A stretch of 64,000 nt of DNA from Fibrobacteria bacterium (GCA_050294405.1 JBNKOC010000012.1:640001-704000); one strand, 5' to 3'; positions 29,697 through 39,527 are shown, counted from the first letter of the stretch. A program made the numbers and translations. Notes: generated from the sequence alone by a model not told the origin.

Positions 29697-29697
29697 T

Positions 29698-30831
29698 ATG
29701 CGGAGAATAAACATGAAAAATTATGCTGGAATGCTAAAACTCCTGTTTTTTCTTTTCCTTTTTTTAATTCCTGCTCAAGCTGTCAGAGTAAAGGATGTGT
29801 CTAAACTATATGGAATAGCTCCTTATACGGTTACGGGTTACGGTTTGGTGGTGGGCCTTCGGAATTCAGGAGATGGTCCCAGAACTCAATTTACTACCAA
29901 GGGAATTATTAATATGCTTCGCAACATGGGAATAGAAGTCCCCCCAAACAGAGTGCGCATTAGAAATGTGGCTGCCGTTATGATTTCCGCCCAAATCCCA
30001 CCTTTTTCTAAATTGGGCAGCGCCATTGATGTTACTGTTTCAAGTATTGGCGATGCCAAAAGTTTGGAGGGAGGAACCTTGTTAATGTCTCCTCTTCATG
30101 GACCGGATGGAAAACTATACATGGTAGCCCAAGGCCCCGTAAATATTGGCGGGTTTAACCAGGAAAGCAGCACGGGGCTATCCTCCTTGCGCAAAAACCA
30201 TGCGCTGGTTGGGCAAATCCCCAATGGAGGCGTATTGCAAAAAGAACTATTGCATCAAAATCTGCCGGAAACGGAATTTAAATTTGTTCTGAATACCCCG
30301 GATTTCACTTCGGCTGTTAATATGAGCGAAGCTATAAACCAGGCCTTAGGCGAAAAATTGGCCAGCGCCTTGGATGCGGCGGCCGTTATGGTTTTTATCC
30401 CTCAGGAATATGCAGAAACAGTCACCAGCTTTTTAGCCAAAGTGGAAAATGTGGAATTTGTACCTTCTGAATTGGCCAGAGTTGTTTTAAATGAAAAAAC
30501 AGGAACTATTGTGGCCGGGGGGAATATTTCCATATCCTCCATTGCGGTGTCTCACGGAAATATCACCATTTCCATTAATTCCGAGCAAGGTGCGGAGGCC
30601 ACCATACGGCAGACAGCTAACAGCAATACAAGGCAAGTGCGCACTCAAACTCAGGAGCAAGGACAGGTAGAAGAAGCCAAGGCAGAAATGAAGGTAATGC
30701 CCAAAATTACCAATGTTAATGAGCTGGCTAACGCTTTGAATTCTTTAGGGGTTCCTCCCAGAGATATTATCTCTATTTTCCAAAGCATTAAAAAATCCGG
30801 GGCGCTCCATGCGGACCTGGTAACTATGTAA
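29698..30831 (+). CDS. flgI: Flagellar P-ring protein FlgI
   Basis: GYGLVVGL, NVAAVM, SSIGDAKSLEGGTL, NEKTGTIV, GALHADL. Confidence 0.96.
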   Translation: MRRINMKNYAGMLKLLFFLFLFLIPAQAVRVKDVSKLYGIAPYTVTGYGLVVGLRNSGDGPRTQFTTKGIINMLRNMGIEVPPNRVRIRNVAAVMISAQIPPFSKLGSAIDVTVSSIGDAKSLEGGTLLMSPLHGPDGKLYMVAQGPVNIGGFNQESSTGLSSLRKNHALVGQIPNGGVLQKELLHQNLPETEFKFVLNTPDFTSAVNMSEAINQALGEKLASALDAAAVMVFIPQEYAETVTSFLAKVENVEFVPSELARVVLNEKTGTIVAGGNISISSIAVSHGNITISINSEQGAEATIRQTANSNTRQVRTQTQEQGQVEEAKAEMKVMPKITNVNELANALNSLGVPPRDIISIFQSIKKSGALHADLVTM

Positions 30832-30910
30832 CTTTAGCCTTTCCCTAGGCAAATGTTAAAAAATTAAGAGCTAAGGTTCCCTTGGTCTTTTAATTGTATT
30901 TTTAGCATTA

Positions 30911-32350
30911 ATGAATTTGCCAAATAAAAAAAGCATCAAAACGGTAACCCTGCAATCCATATCCATATGGGTTTTGCTCACCGCCCTTATTTTGCTTTTG
31001 GTTCTGGGTTATAGCTTCAGGGCTTTTTCTCAAAATAGTTTAAAACAAAGGGCTCTCGGCATTGCTGGATTGGTGGGAGCGGGATTAACCGCCCATATGA
31101 AAGCGGAAATCATGGATAAGCGAGCTTATTTTTTGGATGAGTTAAATAATATTCCCGAGGTAAATTCCCTAAAAATTATCCGGGGGCCGGCTGTGGATAA
31201 CCAGTTTGGGCCAACCCTATACAACGAACAAAATCCCGACTCCATATCCCATGGGGTGTTTAAAAACAAAAAGCCTTATTTCAGTCTAAATGAATTTAAA
31301 CTAAACCCTGTTTTGAAGGCGGTAGTGCCTTTAGTTGCAAGTGATGAAGGGAAATTAAATTGCCTGGAATGCCATAAAGTGGAAGCAGGCACTGTTTTAG
31401 GTGCAGTGGATTTGGAGCTCAATGTAAAGCGGCAGCAGTATATTGCAGGCCTAATTTTATTGGGTATATTGGTTCTGTTGGTTTTTCTATCCATTTTTTT
31501 AGTGTTAAATACAGGAAGGGTTTTGCAAAGGTTGGTAAAATCCCCTTTGGAAAGCTTGATTAATACAGCCTGGGACAGTTATAAGTCCCGCAGCTTTATA
31601 AATACAAGCGATTACGAGAGCCTGGAATTTGAAACAGTCGCCAAAGAAATAAATCAATTCAACCGCCAAATCAGCAGGCATCAAAAGTTAATACATCGGA
31701 AAAATGAGGAACTTCAGCAGCTCAATGAAGAAGTGGATAATACCTTGAGAGAAACTTTGTTTACCATGGGTCTTATTGAAGAAAAGCGCAGCAAGGAGAC
31801 CCGGTTCCACACCCAAAGGGTTACTCTTTATTCCAGATTATTGGGAGAACTGATTGAATTGCCAGTCCAGGAGTTGGAAGTATTAACTATGGCGGCCCCT
31901 CTTCATGATATTGGAAAAATCGGAATACCCGATTACATCCTTTTGAAACCTGCCCGCTTAAGTAAGGAGGAAATCAAAATAATGGAAAACCATACGCGCT
32001 ATGGTTATCTCATGCTGCGCCATTCAAAACGGGATGTATTACAGGCAGCAGCCACCATAGCCTATGAACATCATGAAAAATGGGATGGGAGCGGGTATCC
32101 CCGAGGCCTTAAGGAAAAGGAAATCCATATATACGGGCGAATAGTGGCTTTGGCAGATGTGTTTGACGCTCTTTCCAGCCGCAGGATTTATAAAGAGGGC
32201 TGGCCCCGGGAAAAGGTCATTGATTCCATAAGCCAAAGTGCAGGCAAGCATTTTGATCCACAATTGGTGGCTTTGCTTATTTCCCATCAGCAAAAATTCT
32301 ATGAAATCCAGGAGCAATTTAAGGAAGATTCTGAAAAATTAGACGGTTAA
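30911..32350 (+). CDS. HD-GYP c-di-GMP phosphodiesterase with periplasmic CxxCH (heme c) sensor domain
   Basis: TM-periplasmic(CLECH)-TM; ETRFHTQRV, LHDIGKIG, HHEKWDGSGYP, DVFDAL. Confidence 0.9.
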   Translation: MNLPNKKSIKTVTLQSISIWVLLTALILLLVLGYSFRAFSQNSLKQRALGIAGLVGAGLTAHMKAEIMDKRAYFLDELNNIPEVNSLKIIRGPAVDNQFGPTLYNEQNPDSISHGVFKNKKPYFSLNEFKLNPVLKAVVPLVASDEGKLNCLECHKVEAGTVLGAVDLELNVKRQQYIAGLILLGILVLLVFLSIFLVLNTGRVLQRLVKSPLESLINTAWDSYKSRSFINTSDYESLEFETVAKEINQFNRQISRHQKLIHRKNEELQQLNEEVDNTLRETLFTMGLIEEKRSKETRFHTQRVTLYSRLLGELIELPVQELEVLTMAAPLHDIGKIGIPDYILLKPARLSKEEIKIMENHTRYGYLMLRHSKRDVLQAAATIAYEHHEKWDGSGYPRGLKEKEIHIYGRIVALADVFDALSSRRIYKEGWPREKVIDSISQSAGKHFDPQLVALLISHQQKFYEIQEQFKEDSEKLDG

Positions 32351-32522
32351 GGAATTTGCGCGAAAAGCCCTTAAAATAGGCTGAATATGGCCCTTTTTGT
32401 ATGACAAATTTAGTGAATTGAATTCCTATTTGGGTTAATATGGAATAGATATTAAAATCTTTCCATCAGAGGCCGGTATTTCTTTTAAAACAGCCCTATT
32501 TGCGTTTTGGACTTTTCCCATA

Positions 32523-33875
32523 TTGATGGGGATATCGTTGCTTTCCAAATTTATTGGAGATGGTTGGCTGGCATTATTAGCTATTTCTTTTTGCGGCAGT
32601 CTGGTGCTATCCGGTTTGATGATGGGTTTGATTGGAAAATACTACTCCAATCCCATAAACAAGTTTTTGTTTTTCTTAAATAATTTAAAAGATGGCAACA
32701 TCGCCAGGCCGCTGGAGGAAAATTTTGAAGGGGAAGTGGATAAACTGGCCAGGGCTATCAATGGTTTTAAAGAAAACTTTCGCAACGATTTGATGGATAT
32801 AACTTCCAATTCAACCTCCCTTGCAATTTCTTCTAAAAATGTTTCCAACTTGTTTAAGCAGATGGATGAGAATTCAAAGCAGCAAGTTATAAATGTATCT
32901 AATGTTGCAAAGGCAGGTGCGGCAGCTTCGGCAAATATTTCCGAAGTATCGGATATTATGGTTAAGTTGTCTAAATCCGTTGACCCTTTAGCTGGCTCGG
33001 TCGGAGAAATGAAATCCTCTTTGAAAAATATATCTGAAATATGCTTAAAAGAATCCCAAATGATTAAATCTGGAAATGAAAAAGTTAAAAATACCCAGAC
33101 CATGATTTCCAATCTGAGGGATTCCGCCCTGGAAATTGGAAAGGTCATTGATGTTATTAACGAAATAGCTGAGCAAACTAATTTGTTGGCTTTAAACGCC
33201 ACTTTGGAAGCAGCGGCGGCAGGAGAGTATGGAAAGGGCTTTGCAGTGGTGGCCAATGAAGTTAAGGTCTTAGCCAACCAATCTGCCCTGGCTACCCTAA
33301 ACATTGAAAGTCAAATACAGGATATTCAGGAAAGTTCCCAGTATGTTTTAGATGCAGTTTCCGAGATTACAGTGCTTGTGGAAAATGTATATCAAAACTC
33401 CCAGGAGATTGTAAAGTCCGTAGGTAGCCAATTTCAATCTATTGATAAAATTGCTGGAACCCTAAAGCTAACTCAGGAATCCACAAATGAAGTGGAAAGC
33501 AGGATGAAGCAATCCAGGACCAACCTGTTGAATGTTAGTGAAAATTTGAATTCTGTGGATGGATCCACAAAGGAAATATCCACCATGATCTCTGAGCTTA
33601 CAAATGACTTGGCGGATATGGCTAAAGTAGCGGATAACCTCCAGAAAATTGCCAATAAATTCAAGGTGAGCACAAATGGGAAAAGACTTGGGGACTATTT
33701 AGTGGACTTAAAATTTGTAACACAGGCCCAATTGGAATCTGTGTTGGGAGAACAAAAAAAAGGACTGGGAGCGGGAAAAAGACTTGGCGACTTGTTGATT
33801 GAAAAGGGCCTGGTCAGCTCCGAACAGTTTGAAAAAGCCATTCAAACTAAGATGGAAAATGATGCTAAAAGTTAG
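32523..33875 (+). CDS. Methyl-accepting chemotaxis protein with C-terminal MshEN-like motif
   Basis: TM and HAMP, IAEQTNLLALNATLEAAAAGEYGKGFAVVANEVKVLA, tandem RLGxxL tail. Confidence 0.9.
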   Translation: MMGISLLSKFIGDGWLALLAISFCGSLVLSGLMMGLIGKYYSNPINKFLFFLNNLKDGNIARPLEENFEGEVDKLARAINGFKENFRNDLMDITSNSTSLAISSKNVSNLFKQMDENSKQQVINVSNVAKAGAAASANISEVSDIMVKLSKSVDPLAGSVGEMKSSLKNISEICLKESQMIKSGNEKVKNTQTMISNLRDSALEIGKVIDVINEIAEQTNLLALNATLEAAAAGEYGKGFAVVANEVKVLANQSALATLNIESQIQDIQESSQYVLDAVSEITVLVENVYQNSQEIVKSVGSQFQSIDKIAGTLKLTQESTNEVESRMKQSRTNLLNVSENLNSVDGSTKEISTMISELTNDLADMAKVADNLQKIANKFKVSTNGKRLGDYLVDLKFVTQAQLESVLGEQKKGLGAGKRLGDLLIEKGLVSSEQFEKAIQTKMENDAKS

Positions 33876-33978
33876 AGGAGCCCTCATTAAGTTTCAATTA
33901 TCCGTCCTTTTAATTTCCAAAATATTTAATTCCTTCAAGGGACATTTTTTGTCCAACCGCCAATTCTAAATTAGCCAT

Positions 33979-34167
33979 ATGGAAACGCAACAAGCAAAAA
34001 TGAAAATCTTTGAAGCCCTTGATTATTTACATAGTGCTGTCATTTGCGCTAAGCTGGATTTTCTACTTATGGAGCAAGGCGACAAAAAGGCCAGGGAAGA
34101 TTTCAATAAAAGTTTAAATTGGGTGGAGCGTGGTGTGGAAAAAGTCGAGGGCTTTTGGCAGGTTTAA
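33979..34167 (+). CDS. Small hypothetical protein (62 aa)
   Basis: Isolated helical ORF filling the gap; TAAATT 6 nt before ATG. Confidence 0.55.
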   Translation: METQQAKMKIFEALDYLHSAVICAKLDFLLMEQGDKKAREDFNKSLNWVERGVEKVEGFWQV

Positions 34168-34189
34168 AAGCCTTAATTTTTTAATCCGA

Positions 34190-34753
34190 TTAATTCGATA
34201 ATATTTCTTTTATTTGGCCTAAGTGTTTTGCTTCGTGCATTTGAAGAAATTCCAAGCAGTCCCGAAGGCTGTATGTAATTAAAGAGGAGGCCGGAGAATG
34301 AATAACAATACTTTGGTTTTTGAGCCCCTCAAAGTGATTTACATAAGAATTCAATTTGTTAATATTGGTTTTGTATTCCTCTAAAACAGAAAGGCTGTGA
34401 ATTTCTTTTTTTGGCTCAAAAACAGGAAATGTTTTTACAGCCTTTGGTTTCAAGGGGTTCACAGTGCTTTTAATAAGCGATCCAAATAATCCAGGCAAAA
34501 GAGGCAGTTTTTCCCAAAAACTCGAATTATAGGGGTTCTGCAGTTTAGTATCAAAAATTGGAAAAAAGGAGGCATTGGAATTAATGATATGTTCAAAAAT
34601 TTGCCCCACATTCCATTTTTTGGGATCGAGTTTAAGGGATAATTGCTGTTCCCCAAGCTCTGAACTGATATTTTTAAATTGCCTAGAGCTTTCCTCAAAG
34701 CCCTTTTTGAGCTTTATGTAAAAATTTTTATCCGGCATTTTTTTTGATCCCAC
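34190..34753 (-). CDS. DinB family protein
   Basis: WNVGQIFEHI and HEAKHLGQI His triad; start may be MPDK (34738). Confidence 0.85.
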   Translation of the reverse strand: MGSKKMPDKNFYIKLKKGFEESSRQFKNISSELGEQQLSLKLDPKKWNVGQIFEHIINSNASFFPIFDTKLQNPYNSSFWEKLPLLPGLFGSLIKSTVNPLKPKAVKTFPVFEPKKEIHSLSVLEEYKTNINKLNSYVNHFEGLKNQSIVIHSPASSLITYSLRDCLEFLQMHEAKHLGQIKEILSN

Positions 34754-34927
34754 TTTTAAAAGATGATTGCAATTTAATTAATGGGAACCCATCACAAAAC
34801 TTATTCTCTGATCTTACCTTGTTATTATTTTACCCTGAAAATAAGGTTTCATATATTGCTTTTTGCGCAAACTGAGCAAATCCATTCCAGCAAGGTCTGA
34901 TAATTTGTCATTTAGTTTCAAAATAAA

Positions 34928-34945
34928 TTGGAATTAAATTTGCAT
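34928..34945 (+). promoter_or_regulatory. Possible sigma54 promoter of the large lipoprotein
   Basis: TTGGAATTAAATTTGCAT, GG-N10-GC. Confidence 0.45.
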
Positions 34946-35032
34946 ATATTTCTTAGAAAATTACTACAATAAGGATACTGCTATAATTTCGCATTCAAAA
35001 TTACTGTCGGTTTTCCAACACTAGGAGAAATT

Positions 35033-37309
35033 ATGAAATCAATTATATATGGATTTTTTCTTATGCAAATGGGGTTACTGTTTTCCAGTTGTATTTTTGA
35101 AAAAGATGAAGATACAGATAAGGATGGAAATTTTAAACCCATTGAAGTGGGTGCGGAGAGTTGCGGCGAAGTGACTGGTGCCGATAAAAAATCATCGGAC
35201 TCGCTAATGGCTCTGGCAAATCAACAAATGGTGGAAGATATGCGATTTTACTTTAATGGGGATGTGGAATCCTGGGAGGAGTTTAAAGGTCACGATCCCA
35301 AACCGACCTATTCCCTATATAACCAGACCTTAAAAAAAGCGCCCAATCACTGTGGAGCTATGTTTGGAAGAACCATTTCTTCCCTGATGCTTATTTCTCA
35401 GGATCCGGATTTAGATGAGTTTATTCAAAAATTGGAAACAGAAAATGAACAGCCCACAGCTAAGTTAAGCTCGGGGAAAGCCCTTTTAAAAATGACTCCC
35501 GAAGAAGCTCCCTCAGCTATGTTTGCCCTTTCTCAACAATTAAATAAACAAGATCCTGCCACAATTTCTGAAGCCCAAAGTCTAATTGAAAATGTCTTTA
35601 TGCCTAAGGTGGATACAGCTATTGCTTATCTGTCTACTATCATCGAAGAAGATGATTTCGCATTTCGCTTTGAAGTAGATGAAGAAGTATACGAGTTGGA
35701 TATCAGTGAAGTGGGCCCCCTTTTAGCTAGTTTTAAAATTGCCAAAGCCTGGATGTTAATTGTGGTGGGTTATAATTGGGATTTAAGTTTAGACGGAAAA
35801 TATGATTGGGTGGAAACCCTTGGAAATATGGACGATGAAGATTTTAAAAATCTAACTCTGGAGCAAACGGATGCCCTGGATCATCTTACCTCTCTCTTCT
35901 CGGTGGAAAGTAATTTTAGCCGAATGAAGGATAAGTACAAAAGCGAAATTAAGGCCATCCCTTCTTTAATATTAAGCGCCACGGAAGATTTAAAAAGGGG
36001 GCTTACTTATTCCATTTCAGAAAGCAATAGCCCTCAAACCTATGATTTGTTTAGAGTTGGCACTAACATGGACTACGATGTGACCCCTTCTGATTTAGAA
36101 AAAATGGTAAATCTTCTGGATATTGCCGGAAAATATCTAAAGGGTGAAGTGCTTATTGATTACAACAAAGGAACTCAAAATATAAAAGTAAACTTTCCCA
36201 AATTATTTGAAGTGGACGGTATTCAAAAATTGCTTCCCTATTTTAAGTTCCGGCCCTATGAAGATTGGGCTACTTACTTAAACGCGGATACAATATGGAC
36301 CAGCTACCTTTACATGGAAGCGGCCAGCGAAATATTTTCAGAGTTAAATATGGAAAGGGATTACCGAACCGATTTTTCTGTTGATAATGGAACAATTAGT
36401 ATGACTGTATTTGAAAATGGTTCGGTAGATACGGTTTACGCCAGAGTTACTTTAAAAGGTTGTGAAGCTCATTATGTCAAGGAAAGAGAAAGAATTGGGG
36501 ACGAGAATGATATTATTTTTGTCGGTGAAAAAATTGATACTGAAACGGGAAGTTTTACCCTTGAAAATTGTGAAGAGAGCGCTGATGGAACCATTTATGG
36601 AGATGCTTCGGGAATTTATGATCTAGGGATGCTTGCATACCTGTTGGATTACGAAGTTCGCACCCAGTTAGGTTATAGCGATATGGATTATAGCTTAGAA
36701 CCTACCACTATGGTAAATGAAGATGGGGATACCGTAATTGTGTATCAAACCTCCGAATATTATTCAGAGGATAAAACAATTGCCACCCTAACCCATATTC
36801 CCGGAACAAATTGTGAATTTACTTATGAACAATTTGTGAGCCAGTCCAGCTACGAAGATCAATGGGGTGGAACCAGTTATAGCTATGAAGATTTCAGCAA
36901 CTCAGGAGAAGTAACACTTTCCCAATGTCGTGAAACCAGCGGAGGCCTGGAATTTGTAGACTATGTGGATGGCGATTTTTTAGGTCCGCTTTACTTTACC
37001 GATAAAGATGGCAAGAAAACTCTGGAAGTTTATGAGCTAGAGCAATATGAGGACAATATTCCCGCCTTAAAAAATAAAATTGTCTTCCGCGATCCCACTA
37101 TGGGAGGCATATTCCCCGGACTAACCAATGATAATATTTGGTCTACCATTAAATCTCTGGAAACAGTGGAGCCCAGGTCCAAGGAAGTATGCGAAGAAGT
37201 TTGGGATGAAAACGGATTTTATGAATACAAATGCGAATTGATTAAGGCCAAAAACCCATCGGATTTAGATTTAATAATTGAAAACATCTATTGGCTGGAC
37301 AATATGTAA
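35033..37309 (+). CDS. Large acidic lipoprotein of unknown function
   Basis: Lipobox LFSSC, SD aggag, 758 aa D/E-rich with paired Cys. Confidence 0.8.
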   Translation: MKSIIYGFFLMQMGLLFSSCIFEKDEDTDKDGNFKPIEVGAESCGEVTGADKKSSDSLMALANQQMVEDMRFYFNGDVESWEEFKGHDPKPTYSLYNQTLKKAPNHCGAMFGRTISSLMLISQDPDLDEFIQKLETENEQPTAKLSSGKALLKMTPEEAPSAMFALSQQLNKQDPATISEAQSLIENVFMPKVDTAIAYLSTIIEEDDFAFRFEVDEEVYELDISEVGPLLASFKIAKAWMLIVVGYNWDLSLDGKYDWVETLGNMDDEDFKNLTLEQTDALDHLTSLFSVESNFSRMKDKYKSEIKAIPSLILSATEDLKRGLTYSISESNSPQTYDLFRVGTNMDYDVTPSDLEKMVNLLDIAGKYLKGEVLIDYNKGTQNIKVNFPKLFEVDGIQKLLPYFKFRPYEDWATYLNADTIWTSYLYMEAASEIFSELNMERDYRTDFSVDNGTISMTVFENGSVDTVYARVTLKGCEAHYVKERERIGDENDIIFVGEKIDTETGSFTLENCEESADGTIYGDASGIYDLGMLAYLLDYEVRTQLGYSDMDYSLEPTTMVNEDGDTVIVYQTSEYYSEDKTIATLTHIPGTNCEFTYEQFVSQSSYEDQWGGTSYSYEDFSNSGEVTLSQCRETSGGLEFVDYVDGDFLGPLYFTDKDGKKTLEVYELEQYEDNIPALKNKIVFRDPTMGGIFPGLTNDNIWSTIKSLETVEPRSKEVCEEVWDENGFYEYKCELIKAKNPSDLDLIIENIYWLDNM

Positions 37310-37312
37310 CTT

Positions 37313-39487
37313 TTAAAAAGGCAGTTCTTCCAAATCTTTTTGCCCTGCTTGCAGCTTGTTTGCAAGCAGGGTATTTCTGTTTACAGTGGGATTGTTTTCC
37401 ACGGCTCTATATATAGCATTGGCCTGCCCCAAGATAAAAGCCTTTTCCCGGGCGCGGGTAATAGCTGTGTAAAGCAGGTTTCTCTGTAACATAATCCTGT
37501 GGTGGTGGGTAAGAATAAGAATTATTGCTTTATATTCACTTCCCTGGGATTTATGTATGGTGGTAGCGTAGGCTAGATTTAGCTCTTCCAGTTCGTCCCA
37601 CTCATATACCACTACTGAGTCAAACCGGACTTTTACTTTTTTGTCGCTAAAATCAATGGATTGAATGTATCCAATGTCTCCGTTAAACACATTTTTTTCA
37701 TAGTTGTTTCTAAGTTGCATAACCTTATCTCCCGCTTTAAACTTAATGTTTTTAAAAACAAGTTCCCGGGGGGTAGGGTTGAGCAATTGCTGGGCTAAAT
37801 TATTTATAATTTCTGTTCCCAGGGGCCCTTTGTTCATAGGAGTTAGTATTTGCACTTCTTCGCTGGGATGAAGGCTGAATTTATTCGGAAGTTCCTCGAT
37901 TAGTTTTTTCAAACTGGATAGAACTTTTTCGGATGTTTGGCAGGGAGCGAAAAATACTTCTGGCCCCGGTGGTTCCAGCAAGGGCTTTTTTCCGTTGTGG
38001 ATGTTGTGCGCCCACTGTACTATTTGTGACTCAGAATCTTGTCGGGTGATTTCCCGAAGTTCTTCATGGGCTATGCTTTTGGATTCGATTAGCTCCGATA
38101 ATACTTTGCCAGGTCCCACGCTTGGCAACTGGTTTTTATCACCTACCAGGATAAGTCTTGTGCTTTTGGAAAGGGCTCTGAGTAAAGAATACATAAGGGA
38201 AGTGTCCACCATGGAAACCTCGTCCACTACAATAACATCGGCTTTTAAGGGGTTGGATTCCTGATGTAAAAAACCTGAATTTTCCGGATCGAATTGCAAT
38301 AGTCGGTGGATTGTGGCAGCCTGAAATTGAGTCACTTCTGTGAGCCTTTTGGCCGCTCTTCCAGTGGGGGCGGTTACTTTGATGTTTAGACTTTGACCCT
38401 GGAATATTTTTAAAATTCCCATTAGAGTTGTGGTTTTACCGGTACCGGGACCTCCGGTTAAAATAAAAACCTTAGAATGGGTGGCTTTTTCAATGGCTTG
38501 CAATTGCCCCTGGTTAAAATCAAAACTGTATCCCAATTGTTGGGACAACTGGTCTTTTGCTTTTTGAACATATTCCCGGAGATTGGAAGGGCTCGGGCCT
38601 AAATTGGGGCTATCTAATAATTCCCAAATTTTTTGGGCAATGCCTTTCTCAGAATGATACAAATAGGGCAGATAGAAGTTTCCTTCTTTGCTTTTTTTGA
38701 TATCGGTAATTTCCACCAAATTGTCCATGGTGTATACAATAATTTCCGGAGGGCAATTTAAAAGCTGGGCTGTTCTTTGAACCAGCTCTTCCGTGGTTAA
38801 ATACACATGTCCCTCTTCCACAGATTTATTAAGAGCATATCGAAGTCCGGCTTTAATGCGGTCATAACTTTCCAGATCAAAACCCAGCTTTATGGCAATT
38901 TGATCCGCTTTAATAAAACCCACTCCCCAAATATCTTCCGCAAGTTTATAGGGGTTTTGTTTTATGATGTGTATGGCTTGATTGCCATAGGTTTTAAAAA
39001 TTTTTGTGGAGAGCTGGACGCTTAAATCATGGGATTGCAAAAAGAAAAGGACTTCTTTAAACTGCTTTTTTTCCTGCCACTGGATAATCAGGTTTCGCTG
39101 CTTGCTAGGTGTTAACCCTTTTATTTCGGATAGTCGCTCGGGTTCATTGTCCAGTACATCAAAGGTTTTGGTTCCAAATACATCCACCAATTTTTTGGCT
39201 TGTACGGGCCCCACGCCTTTAAAAAGGCCACTGGACAGATACAGTTCCATGGCAGAAGCCGTTTCCGGGGGGACAACTTTAAAATCAGAAGATTTAAATT
39301 GGCGGCCATAGCTGGGGTGTTCCACCCAACTGCCCTCTAACTCCAGTTGTTCTCCAATTCCCAGTTTGGGAAAGGAGCCCACTGCAGTAAATATTTTTTC
39401 GGTTTCGGGTTCGCTTAACCGGATAACGGAATAGCCCGTATCCGGATTATGAAATGTAATGGTTTTTACTATGCCTGTTTGAGTCAT
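37313..39487 (-). CDS. recD2: ATP-dependent RecD-like DNA helicase
   Basis: N-terminal HhH region, TGGPGTGKTT, DEVSM, GDKNQLPSVG, TIHKSQGSEY, YTAITRA. Confidence 0.95.
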   Translation of the reverse strand: MTQTGIVKTITFHNPDTGYSVIRLSEPETEKIFTAVGSFPKLGIGEQLELEGSWVEHPSYGRQFKSSDFKVVPPETASAMELYLSSGLFKGVGPVQAKKLVDVFGTKTFDVLDNEPERLSEIKGLTPSKQRNLIIQWQEKKQFKEVLFFLQSHDLSVQLSTKIFKTYGNQAIHIIKQNPYKLAEDIWGVGFIKADQIAIKLGFDLESYDRIKAGLRYALNKSVEEGHVYLTTEELVQRTAQLLNCPPEIIVYTMDNLVEITDIKKSKEGNFYLPYLYHSEKGIAQKIWELLDSPNLGPSPSNLREYVQKAKDQLSQQLGYSFDFNQGQLQAIEKATHSKVFILTGGPGTGKTTTLMGILKIFQGQSLNIKVTAPTGRAAKRLTEVTQFQAATIHRLLQFDPENSGFLHQESNPLKADVIVVDEVSMVDTSLMYSLLRALSKSTRLILVGDKNQLPSVGPGKVLSELIESKSIAHEELREITRQDSESQIVQWAHNIHNGKKPLLEPPGPEVFFAPCQTSEKVLSSLKKLIEELPNKFSLHPSEEVQILTPMNKGPLGTEIINNLAQQLLNPTPRELVFKNIKFKAGDKVMQLRNNYEKNVFNGDIGYIQSIDFSDKKVKVRFDSVVVYEWDELEELNLAYATTIHKSQGSEYKAIILILTHHHRIMLQRNLLYTAITRAREKAFILGQANAIYRAVENNPTVNRNTLLANKLQAGQKDLEELPF

Positions 39488-39527
39488 GGCAAGTATGGGA
39501 AATTAACATTCCCACAAAAAGGGAAAA

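Noticed and set aside
32642..33304. 220-aa antisense ORF and the many other short overlapping ORFs in the track
   Set aside because: They lie opposite or within well-supported genes and have no recognisable motifs
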